A stretch of 64,000 nucleotides of DNA from Paraphysomonas bandaiensis (lineage: Eukaryota; Protista; Chrysophyceae), in contig CBFFRP010000242.1 of assembly GCA_965644295.1 (NCBI GenBank), positions 170,401 through 234,400 on the forward strand, given 5' to 3'. The notes under the pieces were generated by a model, which saw only the letters and a list, made by a program, of their open reading frames with translations, was not told the origin of the DNA and did not search any database. The position numbers and the translations under genes are program-made. Below are positions 1 to 14,285 of this stretch, piece by piece. Within the stretch, counting starts at the first letter, position 1; every line of letters starts with the position of its first letter.

Positions 1-3000
1 CGTAATTCCCAGCAATAGGAATAGTGTAGTGTACAGTGTATGTACCATCACCATGGTCGTCAACATTTCCGATGTATTGAATTTCAGGATTGCTTATAAG
101 AGTAAAAATCGCACGGAAGTCATCACCGCCAATAATTTGGTTGTTACCATACGCATCTTTTGCTTGAATATAAAAATATCCGAATTCGCCAGTGACCGCC
201 TCCAAAAGGTAATCCATTTGCTCGAATGACGGACTCTCAACTTCAGAAAGTGAAGGCACAGTTGGACCAGGATTAACAGTAAGATGGAACGGAGAGCACT
301 TATTGTCTTCACCCCGACCACAATATATGTCGCGCCCACCCATTTGAACAAAAATCTGGTAAGGACCAGAGGCTAATGGTAGGTATGAAGCCTTAAACAA
401 ACCTCCACCCATGTAATCTAAGTCCGCATAGTACACGGTGTTGCCAGCAGCGGCGCCATCGATTCTCACAGACAATAGATCAGCAGGATCTACCTCTTCA
501 AAGTCAGTAGTTTTATTGTTTCCCTTCGAATCTTTAGTTTGAATGAAGAAATGGGTTGGAGTACCAGTAATTGCGAGTGCAAGTGAATCACCGTAAGCGT
601 CAGTATATGGATACTCTGCAGCACCAGGAACAACAGTTGTACCAAAAGGGCTTCCAGAAATATCACTGGCATAGTAAAACTGGGATGCAGGAATTACTTG
701 TTTTCGAATGGTTGTCGACGAATAGCTTAACTGAATAGACGCAGCACCTGTGATTTCACGATACTCGATTGCGATATCGTAGTAAGTACCCATCTCAAGG
801 TCAAGCATTACTCTGTTTTCAACACAACAAGCATCCCACATATCAATAACTAATTCGTGATCGATATAGAGTCTGGCGCCGTCATCGGCATACAAATAGA
901 AAGACACAACTTCTGACTTAGGCACACGAATTTTTCCAGCCCATTTAATGCTAACATAGTCGTATGAGTCGTGGGTTAATAGTCCAGTTGACCAATCAAA
1001 ATTTATGACTGGGTCTATACGTTCGATACTTGGTTGCCCATAGAACCATTGGTTATCAAAGTACGACGCCGCCAAACCTCCACTTAGGAGCTGTACAACC
1101 TTAACATCATACTTTCCAGGGATATCAACGATGTATTGGCCGGTATAATCAGGGTTTCCTGGAATCTTTTCCATTGCTGCTAAACGGGGATTCGATCCCG
1201 TCAACGTATCTCCATTGCCCGCAACAATTTCTTCAACATACACGGACGCATCAGATCCTAGCAGACGCTCTGCAGATACCCCTAAATTCTCAGTATCGCC
1301 AATCAGTGACCTGTACGTTATGAGCCACGAAAATCGTCCGTTTGAGTATCCAGTTCGGCTGACTTCCACATCACCAACAGAAGGCAACGATTCCAAGGCC
1401 GAGTCCAATTCTTCTGCCGTGCTATCGTACGGAACAGCGACAGTATCGTTACCAAAGTATAATATGATATCGCCATATAATGGAGTCGGGGCGCCACCTT
1501 CAGTCCACAATCTCTGGATCTCATATCTGTAATCACTAGGTTCCATCATCCGAAGATTTCCTACATTCTGAGTAAAAGTAACTGTCCACTTGAATCCATT
1601 GCCTTGATTTTCTCTGGAAACCTGAACACGACCAACACCAGAAAGATCTTCAAGAGCGTCCTTCATGCTGGCAGCACTGGCATCGAAATCAATATCAGCT
1701 GTGTACTCATCCTCAAAGAATATAGTAAAAGTTCCGTAAATTGGACTCACTCCTTTTATAGCTTCAACAACTGTTACATTTGCCCCTGTCGTGGAATCAA
1801 TAACCATATGGTTGACGTCACCAACGGGAGAGGTGAACCGAACGGTATAGGAAACAACTGTATCCCCGCCATACAGCAATTCAGCGGACTTGGATACATC
1901 AGCCAACACAGGAGCTCCATCAGGACCGATTAAATTATTGATAGCACCGGCTACATCCTCGGCAGACGCATTGTAAGGCAAGTACGTAGTATTCTCTAAA
2001 GAACTGAACAAGTTGATACTAAATTCCCCACTTGTGTCGTATGAAATAGTAATAATTTGCTCCTCATTAACAAACTCCTCATCTGCAGCAACAGTAATGG
2101 TCTGCACTTCGGTGACACCTTTCTGTACCTCGCTAATAAGGACACGATCATTTAATGTCGACATATCCGGGACATCACCAAGGTTCGCAACGAAAGTGAT
2201 CATAAACAAAGTTCCATCGTCAGTTTCCTCTTTGGAAACATCAACACTGTCAACATTAGGTAGACTTTCAACAGCAACCTGAACAAGGTACGCAGTGGAA
2301 GTAGAGTTGAACGCAAGTGTCTCGTATTCAAGGGTTGATTCAGGAGTAAGGTAGTCAAGTAAAAACAAAGAAGCGTTCTCTGAGTTTCCGGAAGGGAAGA
2401 ACACACTCACGACTTCATAAACCACCGGGTTATATGTAGCCACCCCTTGATCACGGTACCATTCGCCATTGCTGTATGTCTCAGTGAAAAATTGGTCCAA
2501 CCCAGCAAATCCAGCAGCTGTAGACACCTCTCGCAATACTGAACCGGAAGCTTTCTTTGGCTCAATAGTAAATTGATTGCGGTTGCCTTTCAAAAACTCT
2601 GACACACTGACATTGCAATTAGCATTGAGTGAGAGCGGAACGATATCAGCTACGTCACCAGAGTCGAAAATGGTTACACGCCAGTACGTTATGTCTTGGG
2701 AGGCATTGACATCAACAGTGCGCTGCACATCAACTGCACCCATCATCAAGCTATTGACGAGCACAGCTTCGAACTCGTTAGCCGTATAGTTGTTCCAAAC
2801 AGTGGCCCAATTATCTGATCCCCAGTACAGACGAAAGACAGCATCGCTACAGCCAACAGCTGTGATAATCTGCTGCTCGTCAACATCATCCGTAATGCCA
2901 ATAGTTAATGAGGAGCCAGACGCCGTTGTGTAGGCCGCACTTGAACCAGAGGTTGCTATCACGGTTGGAGAAGCTCCACTGAGAACACCATCACCGAGTG

Positions 3001-6000
3001 CATTAAGGGGTGCCACCTTAAAGGAGTAAGACATATCCGGCACAAGGTGAGTTATGGTGGCTGCTCTTACATCCGGAATACCAGTGCCATCATAAACAAG
3101 GACAGCATCAGAACCTGCCTGCTCCTCCGTAACCCTGATGGAAACGTGGGAGCTAAGAGGAGTAAGACGACCGGGGGTAGCATATAGCATTGGTAAATCA
3201 CCAGCAGCAGCGTCAAACGTGATAATCCACTGATAGGCACCTCTATCCTCACCATTGATCAGATTCTCTACTCGCTCAACAGTAACATACCAAATACCAG
3301 GAAGATCTTCCAGACTGACTTTCATTTCTTCGGCACTAACATTATATGGCATATCAATAGTCATGGCACCATTGTAGGATAGAGTGAATGATCCGCGGAT
3401 AGGACTTGTGAGCTTCTGCAGTACTTGCACAGATGCCACAACTGGGTGGTCAGGATCAGCAGCAAAAGCACCATTCGAATTTTCAAGATTAGAAATGTCA
3501 ATTACAATTAAATCCAGTTCTTCAGAAAACATGCCGAAATCGATTGTCCAAGACCGAGTTAGAGAGCCACCTTCAGTCTCAACGATAACTGAAACGTTTG
3601 CGTCATCAAAGCCAGCAGAACTCAGCACAGATTCCACTGCGAGCGCAACTTCCGCCTGTGTTGCCACATAAGACAAGTCTTCTGAAGGTATTCCAAACAA
3701 AGAAAGGGTAAAATATCCACTGGTTGCGTTTGTCACAGTAACCTTTTGAATTTCAGCGACTCGTTCGTCCACAGAGGTTGTGACCATTTGAATTTCTTTA
3801 TGCACTGGGTTTGGATTGGCAAGGGTGTTGAGACCAACGCCGGGAAACATATACACTTTGTAACCAGTAATTGGAGTACCACCAGTGCTGTTGTAGGCAG
3901 GCATCGGCCAATTCAGACTAATTTCACTAGCTTCGATGGAAGTCATACGCGGTTGGACATGTTGGTAGGTGTTATTAGCGAAAGCATCAACGCCTGCAAC
4001 AATACCTGCCACAACAGACAAAATTGGACTACTCGCCGAACGACCAATTGCGTTGACAGCGACAACGTAGAATCTATATATATCGCCCTCGTTTAGGCCG
4101 CCAACGGTGTACTCCATGACCAGGTCTCCAGATGCTTCGTCGACGATAGGAATAAGAGTTGAAAGAGAAACTTCAGTGTATGTGCTGCTCCCAGGTTGAG
4201 AGTAGTAAAGTAAGTAACGTGTGATCTCCGATCCCCCGTTATCAACTGGCGCTAGCCACCGAACTGTAATCGCTGTATCCCCATATACTTGGGATCCAAT
4301 ATTCGATTTCGCATGACGGTATGGCATCGGCGGGGCGAGCGGTACACGAGGGCTTCGAACTGCGAAGACGGCCGGTTCACTGAATGCACCATAACAAGCT
4401 TTGGTATTGTCGGTGGCTTTGCAGTAGTTCATTGCTCGCACAAAAAACTGGTAGCTTTTTCCCGGTTCAACACCAAGTGAGGTCGATGCTTTAATGACAA
4501 ATGACGTAGTGGGGTTATCTGTACCGTCAAACACTAAACGACGATTACCGCTTGCCCAGTCGTCCATCCAGAGCTCAAACCCCATCACAGTCGCGCCTCC
4601 ATTCTCTCTCGGATAATCCCACTCGACTTCGATAGAAGTAGCTGTACTTTCAACTAGGCGAACACGTGGCGGAGCTCCAGGCGGATTGTTCGTGGGAATC
4701 TCGAACTCAGGAGTAGTCAGAGCAGAAAACCCATAGCCTTGCAAATTGTGTGCAAAGACACGAACGTAGTACGCATTCCCAGATATCAAGTTATCCATGG
4801 TGTACACATATGGTGCAGATCCTGACAGATCAGTGACAATATCTTGACATAGACCACTGGCACTACCCTCACAGACATCAGGCCCGACACCTCGCAGAAT
4901 TTGCTCAGTGGCAAGCATATCTGCAGTACTTGTGTTGTACCCTGTGATTCCTAATTCAGGTACATCACCAACAGCACACACATCAACACCATCCACAATT
5001 TTGCAGCCGTCGAATGTGATAAGCCATATATACCCATTTTGCTTTTTTGTTCTAGCTACTGACACTGTCCCAATAGAATTTAATTCATTTAAAAACTTTT
5101 CCATTTCACTGGCCGACGCATCGACTGGAATGGCATCGGTTACTTCACTGAATGTTCCATTAGAGTACGAGAGCGTAAAATCACCATCCAGAAGAACCGA
5201 TCCAACCTCTACCTCGGTAACATTGACAAAAGTTGAATTACCAAGTAAGTTTGTAGTGTCTGGAGTTAACATTTCCAAGTCACCAGCACCAACTGGGAAC
5301 GCACCGGGCATTGAATTGAAGGTAACGCTCCATGAGTATTCATTTTGCACAGATGGGCCAGTTCTTGATACAGTAACAGTTCCAATGTTGGGAAGAGCTT
5401 CCAAGCGGGTCTTCAGTACGGTTTCGGCTACATTATAATCAATAGGATCCGTGGTATGACCGCGGAAGGTTAATGCAAAAGTACCAGTGATTTCATTTCC
5501 CCGTACAGATCCCTCGGGAGCAGACCCTCGGTCAGTAAGAGATTCCATACCATTCGTCAGAACAGAGATTGTGACATCTGTACCTGTCAGACGATTAAAA
5601 TAACTCTCAACCTTGAGATCTTCTACATCGCCCCCTAGATCAGCATGTGAAAATGTTACGCGCCACTGAACGTCGTGAGCACTAACAAGATCAGATGAGT
5701 CAACGAGCTCAACAGTAACACCATTAGAAGGAATGGTATCGAGGGCAATCAGAGCTTCCTCGAGCTCAGCAGCTGTTGCTGTACCAGAAATATCCTCAGA
5801 AACAGAACCACGGAAAGAAAGACGGAAATATCCACCGATTCCAGCATCGCCAGCTGTAGACTCCGTTATATCAATTCGGCGAAGGCCTTGTAGATTATTG
5901 GTGTAACCATTCATGAGAGGTAAATCACCAGACATATCCACGACATCATCAAACGACACTTCGAATCCACTACCAGCGGGGTAGTCGGCATCAAGGAAGC

Positions 6001-9000
6001 AGGCAGTAGTAATTCCATTAATATATGTGACGGTCACACTGTTGATGATTGCGATATCCTGAAGGGCCCTCTTAACATCATCGGCTGTGGCACTCGCCAA
6101 AATGGTAGACGAATAGTAGCCGTTGAACTCTAATCTGAAACTACCTCCAGTGGCATCGCACTTGATATGTTGTACTTCTGTGGCACTAGTACCCCCAAAT
6201 CCAGTAGAAATGTAAACCAGCTGAATTTCAGGAATCACTTCAGTTGAAGACGTTATCACCTGTACTTCATTAACTACAGAACTGAGAACACTGACTTGTT
6301 GGATTTCTTGAGCAAAGGCCGCACTACCATATTCAACTCTATAGAAGGTAACATCATCCCCACCATCGAGAAGCGGCGGACTAAAGGCAACCTCCATCGA
6401 GGTTCCGTCTATCACTTCAAGTGTGGGGTCAGTGGGACGACCAGGACGCTGGGGTTCCGGAATAGCGTAAGGCACATCAGCAAAGGCGAATGGACCCTGA
6501 CCAACTGAGTTGATAGCTGATACACGGAAGTAATATGCGATGCCTTCTTCAAGATCACTTACAGTCAAAGACAGGTCACTCAAATCCGTAACTATTGCGC
6601 TTCCTAATGGAAGACCATTACTGAGGTCCAGACTATCGAATGGCGGTGCAACACCAACACGATCCACGGCAACAACACCAGATGCCACGGTTCCAGTCAA
6701 GTCTAAACCATCCAAGACAATCATATCGACGTCACCTAACTCAGTGAGAAATGTAACAGTCCAGGTAAACCCACCATTTTCATCAGCCATCGATCGCTCA
6801 ACTACGACATCTCCTATGGTATCCAACGCCTCCAACGCTCTTTCAACCTGTCTAGCACTCGAATCAAATGGAATATAAATCGACCGATCGTTACGGAAGG
6901 ACAACGCAAAATAACCACCAAGAGCCTCGCTGGTGCTCGCACGTACTTGCGAAGTTGAGATGGTGACATAATCTCCCACATTGGTGTTATTTTCATCAAC
7001 GACATATGCATCAAGTAATGGAAGTTCTCCGGCGTTAGTATCAAAAGTTACAGTCCACACACATTCACCGTTAGCAGACATATCACTGGCTGACACAGTT
7101 ACAGTTCCAACTGTATCAAGTAGTTCGAGCTGAGCTTTGATGGCATCTTTCTCACCATTCACTAATGTCCCTGTCGAAACAGTATCGTGTCCCGCAACAG
7201 ATGAGGTACCTATGCTTCCTGTAGAATCGGTAACAGTATTCTTGGACTGCACAGTTAGCTGTTGGAGATCTCCTATGGTGCTGATGAAATCGACAGTCCA
7301 AATGCACCCCTGTGTTATGCCTGTAGTAACAGATGTCACTAAAACATCATCAAAATAAGATAGTAACTCCAGTTCATCTTCAATACTAGCCGCAGCCAAG
7401 GTGCAATCACCATTAGCGCTTGGGTTTGCTTCAATCCAACCAGTAACCTCATCCACATACTTCAATCGAAAAGTGAGGTACTGTGATACTTCGTAATCAC
7501 CACCGGAAGTTGTAGTGTCAATGGTTGAGGAAGTGATGGTTTGAACTTCAGTCACCGCAGATACACAGCTTGAATTAGATGGCAGAAGAGGAATGGTTGA
7601 GGTGTTGTGCTCTCCGTAGTTCAGGAAAAAAGAAGTTGTTTCATTAATATGAGAGGATGCTGACACCGTTATTCTCTGAATTTCCTTCCAAGTACCCTTT
7701 CGTACTTCAACAACATCAACGCGGGAATTCAGACCATTCAAATTCGAAGTGTCGGAACTAAATGCAGAGAGGTCCCCTTCATGAGTGCGGTTGTAGTCAG
7801 CAAGAAACTCAACTGTCCAAGTGTAGGCGAGTTCACCATCTGGTCCACTGCGAGAGACTGATATAGTTCCCGTGGGTATGGTATCAAGATCCTCCAGAAA
7901 AGCCTTCATGTCGGAGGCGGTAGTATTGAAGGGGATGTCCTCGGTTGTGAGCCCGTTGTATGTAAGAGTAAACGATCCAGAAAGTTCATTACCATCTACA
8001 GAAGTAATGTTAACTCCAGGCACCCCACCAGTTGACGTGACAGTTAACCCACTGTAATCTGCTGTGAGCATCTCTACATCACCATCGTTCATATCGGATG
8101 TGAATTCAATCGTCCACTCGTACCCATGCTGATTGTCGACAGCTGACCGAGTTACCTCCACAGACCCGATAGTGCTCAGTGCCTCCAGTTTCTCTCTCAT
8201 CTCTGCCTCAGATGCGTCGTAGTCAATATCACCTGTGGTCTTTTCCTCAAAGGTCAAGCGAAACGTTCCTCCAAGAATATTTCCATCTGTGACCGTTTTG
8301 ACCTGGGCATCGGCGGACCCAAACGGCGTGAGCTGCGCGGTATGAACACGCATCTGAGGTACATCGCCCATGGAAAGGGGAAATACCACTACATACTCAT
8401 ACTCAGTCGAGTCGATAATATTATGAGTAACCTCAACATTCCCAAAAGGAGCAACGTTGTTTAGCTCATTAATGATATCCTCAACAGATTCACGAGAACC
8501 AGAGGCTGGGTAATTGACCTCTATGTACCCTGAATATTGTAGACTGCCACCAGTTGCAGTGGTATCGAGTTCAAGGAAAAAGTAGCCATTGGTAGCATCA
8601 GTAACTGTGATAACTTGAACCTCATTAACTGGGGTGGCAAAAGTCTTCACAACTTGAACTTCGTTGACATCATCAGCATAAGTAGAAATTGATTGAATTT
8701 CGTTAGGTCCAATGTAGTTGGATGTCGTAATGGTTTGAATTTCCGAGGAACCAGGGTCCGTATCCCACTCAACCTATTAAAAAATTAGCCATTTAATTCA
8801 TAATGATGACCTTGTTATACCTTGTAGCTATGAATGGCAGAACCTCCGTCAGAGAAAGGAGAATTGAACTCAGTGAGGATGGAATCGCCACTGATAACAG
8901 TCAGGTCCAAGAACGGAGCAGATGGTACATCTAATTAAAGCAAATTTACGACTATAAATAAAAATCACAAGGTGTACCTAAACTGTTGATGATAGTTGCT

Positions 9001-9035
9001 GTCGCCAAACACAGCCATGAGGCAATACGAAACAT
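1..9035 (-). CDS. Giant secreted/surface protein with fibronectin type III repeats, 'EVQ' repeats, a PA14 domain and filamin-like repeats; runs off the window at its 3' end (at least 2980 aa)
   Basis: Hand translation: exon 1 9035-8978 (MFRIASWLCLATATIINSL, signal-peptide-like), exon 2 8930-8821 (VPSAP...DGGSAIHSYK), exon 3 8773 to <1 in frame at both ends (VEWDTDPG...). FN3 motifs (DNGGSEITRY). PA14 motif at about 700-1080 (GLAASYFDNQWF...ADDGARLYID...IEYRE). Filamin motif DHGDGTYTVHY at the window start. GT-AG introns. Confidence 0.85.
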
Positions 9036-10844
9036 TGACGGCCTTGCAAAGGAAATGTTAATAAACAAGTAATTAAACCAGTAGTAATTACATTCCGCCG
9101 AAAACACACAATCGTTAATCAAGATGATATTCGATGTGGAATATTAATGATGGTTTCAATCCACTTCGAAGTGTAAATATAATTTAAAGGCCCACGTCAA
9201 TGTTGCATGCAAATTACATACGCCAGCGGATTTGCAACGACCTTTTGCTATGAATACATCTGCATCACAAACGACGGATAAAACGGATTTCACAATCTGA
9301 GAGTATCTTGAACGGACACTGTACGATATGACAAAAGTAGTCCAGTTCCGTTGAAAGAGGAGGAGTTTGATGTTACTATTTTGTCGTTTTTTTGTGTTTT
9401 TTGTGCTGCATATATTCTGTATGTATAGCCTTGTACGATTGTTCCTACTTTGGACGACTGCAGAGCGTGAACTGGTTCGAGTTCGTATCTAGATATGGGA
9501 AGAAAACATCCCCAAATGACTTAATGAGAATTATTGGATAGAATGTGACTCCTCATTTTTAATAACTCACTCACTTATTTTACTTTAAAGTGTTCTATTC
9601 GTCAGTAAATAATGGAGGGTGAAACGAATAGTAGGGCTGGCAACAGTGTTGTATCACCCTCTGGCCTGAGAGATACAATGGACAATCTAAATAAACGAGG
9701 TGCACCCTATAGCGCGGATGATTTTCTGCGGGGTACTACCGCGAAAGCGTGCTATGGTTGTGATGTAATCCAGATATCCAAACTGGTGAAACGTAGGGAC
9801 TCAAGGACTTCTGCTCCAGCCCTGTAGTTGTGATATCGGCGGTATCACAACTTCTTGGTCAATCTATAATGTTATTCTACGACATTATATTATACCTTTG
9901 TATAATAGCTAATGGCTATATTATCTAAGTTAATGTAGACGTAGTGTAACGCTTAGATCCTGTCCTGCTGCTGTGTGTAAGTGATAATAAAAACTATACA
10001 ATAGGAATTGCGTCTGCGTTGCTACAATCTGCGACGATGGTATGTAGCGACAATATAGAATATAGTACGCTTATCACGTTTCCGAATATGATGAATTCCC
10101 TTCCACAACTGAATTTCTACCAAGCCGTTGTTGACTTATCGAGAACAATAGCATTTCATACTGAGCAACGAAAGGACCACTTGTATCCCATCACTCCTGA
10201 GAATTCGAGAATATCTTGCGACCAAGTCCGGTGAAGTTCCACTACCTTCGTCATCTCATGGACCCCACAACGACGCCATCAGAAAACCAGCACTGCATCA
10301 AAGCACTATGTTCTTATCCCCATTTAGTCTCAAAAAAATCTATTTTTGACCTGATTTTGTCTCAACAGGGCGCTCATATTAGCACCAGGCAAATATAGAC
10401 ATTCAACTTCTATATTCGGTTCAACAGAAGTTCACTTCTATCTTTATTATGATATTGACAGCCGTATGTATGTGATATCATTATTGTTTATAGTTTATAG
10501 TACACTATTATAGAGAAACCACAATCATGAGCCTAATATCAAGAGCAGATCATCTAACACTCCAAGTTATATACTGCTCTTGAAGATCATAATGAGGTCA
10601 GTGCAAGTGATCCGTCTTCATATCCATGACTTCGAAACAACTTCAAGAATACTACAGGATCGTTTAAGTACCATATCTGATGCTATATAGGTGGTTAGGA
10701 GCAGTGGCACCCAGTTCTTTCAGGGTTTGGGCCATATCGTGCTTCTCAGGATATTGTGTGCCTCATATCATACACACATCTTTCGACCAGGTGCACTTGC
10801 AGAGGATAAGCCTGCTGTATATAAATGTGATGATGATGGTACCT

Positions 10845-11150
10845 AGTAGGTAGTGAACGTGTGATTATAAATAATAGGCGTGTTAGAGTCAGCCCGGATG
10901 CTTGACTTCAGCAGGAAACCCAATACCCCTGATGCAATCGAGGTGGACCCATTCCCGGATACTTGCTTATTCGTCAAGGCCCAAAGACGTCTACACAAGT
11001 GACACTTATTAGTGTTTCTTGTACCACACAAGCATATGGCTATGAGTGGGCAGAAAATTATCTGCAGATTATAATGAAAAAGGTCCCCGGTACTTTTCAC
11101 CACGAAAAGGTACGAGTCCGACTTTGTTGAGGTATATTTTACCTGGACGG
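10845..11150. repeat. Dispersed partial copy of one arm of the foldback repeat at 49381-50320
   Basis: Shares agcccggatgcttgacttca, cagaaaattatctgcaga and cgagtccgactttgttgagg with 50131-50335. Confidence 0.75.
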
Positions 11151-11910
11151 TAGACTTCTATATATCTCTATTTTTTCTGAGCTATGTTGCATTGTTTTAA
11201 CCTCTACGTAACTATATGCGAGGACATGTTATGACTTCTCCAACCCGTTTGAATCAAATATTATTTTGACGAGAACGAGGCGGATCATAATTTACAGTGA
11301 GCCTATTCAACCATTCTGACTATAGACTTTATGATTATATTTTTATTATTAGATAAAAACACGGCATCAGGACATACTATTAGATCGAAATTCTGAGCCA
11401 AAACGTCACTATTTAATTCAAATCCTGTGAATCACCATTGAGAATGCTGTCTGTACTCTTTTATTAGTTCTCACTCAAAACCTCATCATAAAGTGCTTTG
11501 AAATATGGCCCCACTTTCAATACAAAAATTTTGCCTGACATTGCATTCCTTTGGAACTACATCGTGCTTACCAATTTCTGGTGTTGTGAGCGGAGTACGA
11601 CAACGGAATCACACAAGCTCTAATGGTTAGCATCTCTCACATCTCTGAAACTGTAATAACACATAACTGCCTTTTACTGTAGTGGTCACAGGCTGGACTG
11701 CTACAGGAATCTTGAAAAATTCCAAGGAAAAGTTCAGAGAAGCATCTCACGGAACACGAGAAGCAGCAGTACAACAATTACTGACTTTACATGGGCGTGT
11801 ACACTTATCTTTCCGCCTGATTGTTTATTATCATTTGTAATTTTAAAATCGCCGCTTAAATAACCTTAACCCTAAAAATGTGCATTCAATTTCAAAGAGA
11901 CTCTTCACCT

Positions 11911-11988
11911 CAGGGTCTGGTAACCGTTAATGGTAATGCCATTAAAATTGCCGGGAACTGGACTACCATTAATGGTTACCAGGCCCTG
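11911..11988. mobile_element. 78-bp hAT-type MITE
   Basis: 25-bp imperfect TIRs (CAGGGtCTGGTAACCgTTAATGGTA / TACCATTAATGGTTACCAGGCCCTG) and a perfect 8-bp TSD CTTCACCT at 11903-11910 and 11989-11996. Confidence 0.9.
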
Positions 11989-12140
11989 CTTCACCTAACC
12001 TGAGAACCTAATACACAATGCTAAATTTAAATCGTCTAAACGTGCCTTCAGAAGTCATACATGGAACAGTTCAATATTATTCAAGTACAATAGCATCATT
12101 CTACTCGGACTAGTATCTACTTTTCAATGCTCTTCAAACT

Positions 12141-13964
12141 TTAAACATCATCGATATCTATCGCGTTATCATCTACAACCCTAAGCTGTTGAAAAGACGA
12201 AGTGTTGCTACCCTCCACCGGAGGAAAATTAGAGGAAAACTGTTGATCATTCTCAAAATCTATCACATCGTGTGGATACGATGAGTTTAGTGGTGGAGGT
12301 GACTGTCGTTGATTGCGAATTGTCCAAGACGGAGGAGGCATAGGAGGGGGAGGAGGATTCATGCCTGCATGATATGGCACAGAAGGGGGTGGCGCCGATG
12401 GAGGGGGTGGATTACTATATCCCCTAGCAACAGGATGGGCTGAGTATTCGCCATGAGTATTGGACTGATTTTGTATATGCTGATCACAAGGGCGGGTCCA
12501 GATATGATTTAGGCCAAGTGCAGATAAAAATTTATCCGTCTGAGGGTTTCCTTCAGAATGAAGTTGCCTGCCGTAAGGTAGGTCGCATGTATTGATATTA
12601 GGCACTCTCATACTCCCATAAGCCCTTCGTATCATGTCTGAGGCTTCGCTGATTTCCTGTAAGTAACAATGTCATATTGATGTGTACGCGACAACAAGTG
12701 CTTCCAACCGATTGCGTGACAGCTTCTACAACGGCAGGCATTTGCACTGGTCCATTAGAAGTGCAGAGCAGAGAGTGGGTCTTACGGAGAATGGCAACCC
12801 ACTGCGGGTCGTGCTGAATGAAATTCCCATCATTCGGTGCAGTGCGGGTCTTGACAACTTTCATTATCTGGAGAAAGTCTCTGTAAATAACCACACTACA
12901 AGTTACGACATAAAACACAAATCCAAAGTGTCCGCACCTCCCAGGAAGCACTTTATCAAGAGCAAGAAAACGAGTGCTTGTGGGTTTTAAGGCTTCTGCA
13001 GGGCGTGATATATTGTCAGTACCTTGTACATTACCCTTGACATCAGAGACTCCTGAGGAATCCTCGGTCAACAACTGTTCGTGTGAATAAATAGCTGCGA
13101 ACTTGACGTGCAAGTGAGCCGAAAACCACAGTGATGGTCGGAGGCCGCGTAATAAGTGCATAAGGGGAGGACTGCCCATCGAACCTGAATCCATTTCATC
13201 TCTGAAATATGGCTTTCGCTGTAGCAGTCTCTCTTTGTCACCGTATTCCCATATATCCGTCGGCCAATCATGCGAGAGAAATATGTCTACACGGCCAGTA
13301 ATTTGTGCCATGCGAAATATTTCCAGCTCTCTTTGGTGATAGATGCTGCGAAGCGTGTCTGGCGTGTACGGCGGTAGCTCAAAGTGGCCAATACGATAAT
13401 GACGTTGGTTAAATATGCCAGAGATGCCAGCAATGCGAACACCTCCAAACCATACCACACCTAAAAGTCACGATTAACAAAACTTACCTAATTGTGCATA
13501 CAATGCACCTTGACGGTTTTACCTGCAAATCCCATGAAATATATATTCGGGGCAACGTAACCTCCGTAGTACAAGCTATGCAAGATATTGGAAGCCTCGT
13601 GATTACCACCAATAAATATCGTCGGTACATATGCCACTTTCTCTCCAGTAACATACTGATGAAATGTATTCTACAACAAAACCCATTGTAAAAAATAACA
13701 CTGCTATTCCAGCACACATATACCAACTTCCGATACTTCTGAGGAACAGCAACACACTGCAAGTCTGTGTTGGTCCGCACGCACTCGAAGTCACCACATA
13801 CAAGCAAGAGATCAACTTTCGGCCCGCCTCTCTTTTCAGCCTCGCGTATGGTATCATATATGATATCCAGCTCCCCTGAAAATAATCCATAAGGGTAAGT
13901 GAATGACCGATATGGCTCCAATACCATGGCAGCAACCTTCCACTGCAATATTTAAATATTCCAT
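12141..13964 (-). CDS. DBR1: RNA lariat debranching enzyme (multi-exon)
   Basis: [14 protein letters not shown]|[53 protein letters not shown]; Pro-rich C-terminal tail ending [12 protein letters not shown] introns. Confidence 0.95.
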
Positions 13965-14285
13965 GTCAATTGTAGAGTATAGAATGAATCTCTGTATATG
14001 GGAAACGAGGAAGAGATTTCACTGTGCTTTTTACTTCGTCCTTGTTTGGTAAGGCAGAAGTTCATTGATGCATGGAAGTCTGCAGATAGCGGCAGGGAAA
14101 GTTTTTTACAGGTGTACGTACGTACAGGAGAATTATAAATACAGATGAAAACTACCGCTGACCAATCATATATGTTGTACCAAGTATTTAGGGTTATGGT
14201 TCGCTGATATTGTCACAAAGTCAAAGTGTAAGATGAGGTGATCACTTTGTAAAGGTTGCTATCACTTCATTGAGCTGCTAATAAT

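Noticed and set aside
29-8057. Many short ORFs listed in the ORF track
   Set aside because: They are antisense or off-frame shadows of the giant minus-strand exon.
9632-9850. Possible hammerhead ribozyme or hAT MITE (TAGGGCTGG...CCAGCCCTG, stems followed by GAAA)
   Set aside because: No correct CUGANGA core or NUH cleavage site in register, and no 8-bp TSD flanks the putative TIRs.
10000-10800. Possible decayed tyrosine-recombinase (DIRS-like) remnant (SSFRVWA resembling HSFRIGA)
   Set aside because: Single weak motif, no continuous frame and no terminal repeats.
11861-11877. Telomere-like TAACCC motifs
   Set aside because: Only one or two imperfect units, compatible with chance.
12141-13964. 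Functional link between DBR1 (a known Ty1 host factor) and the nearby retroelements
   Set aside because: DBR1 is an ordinary spliced host gene; proximity in a TE-rich eukaryotic genome is not evidence of a link.
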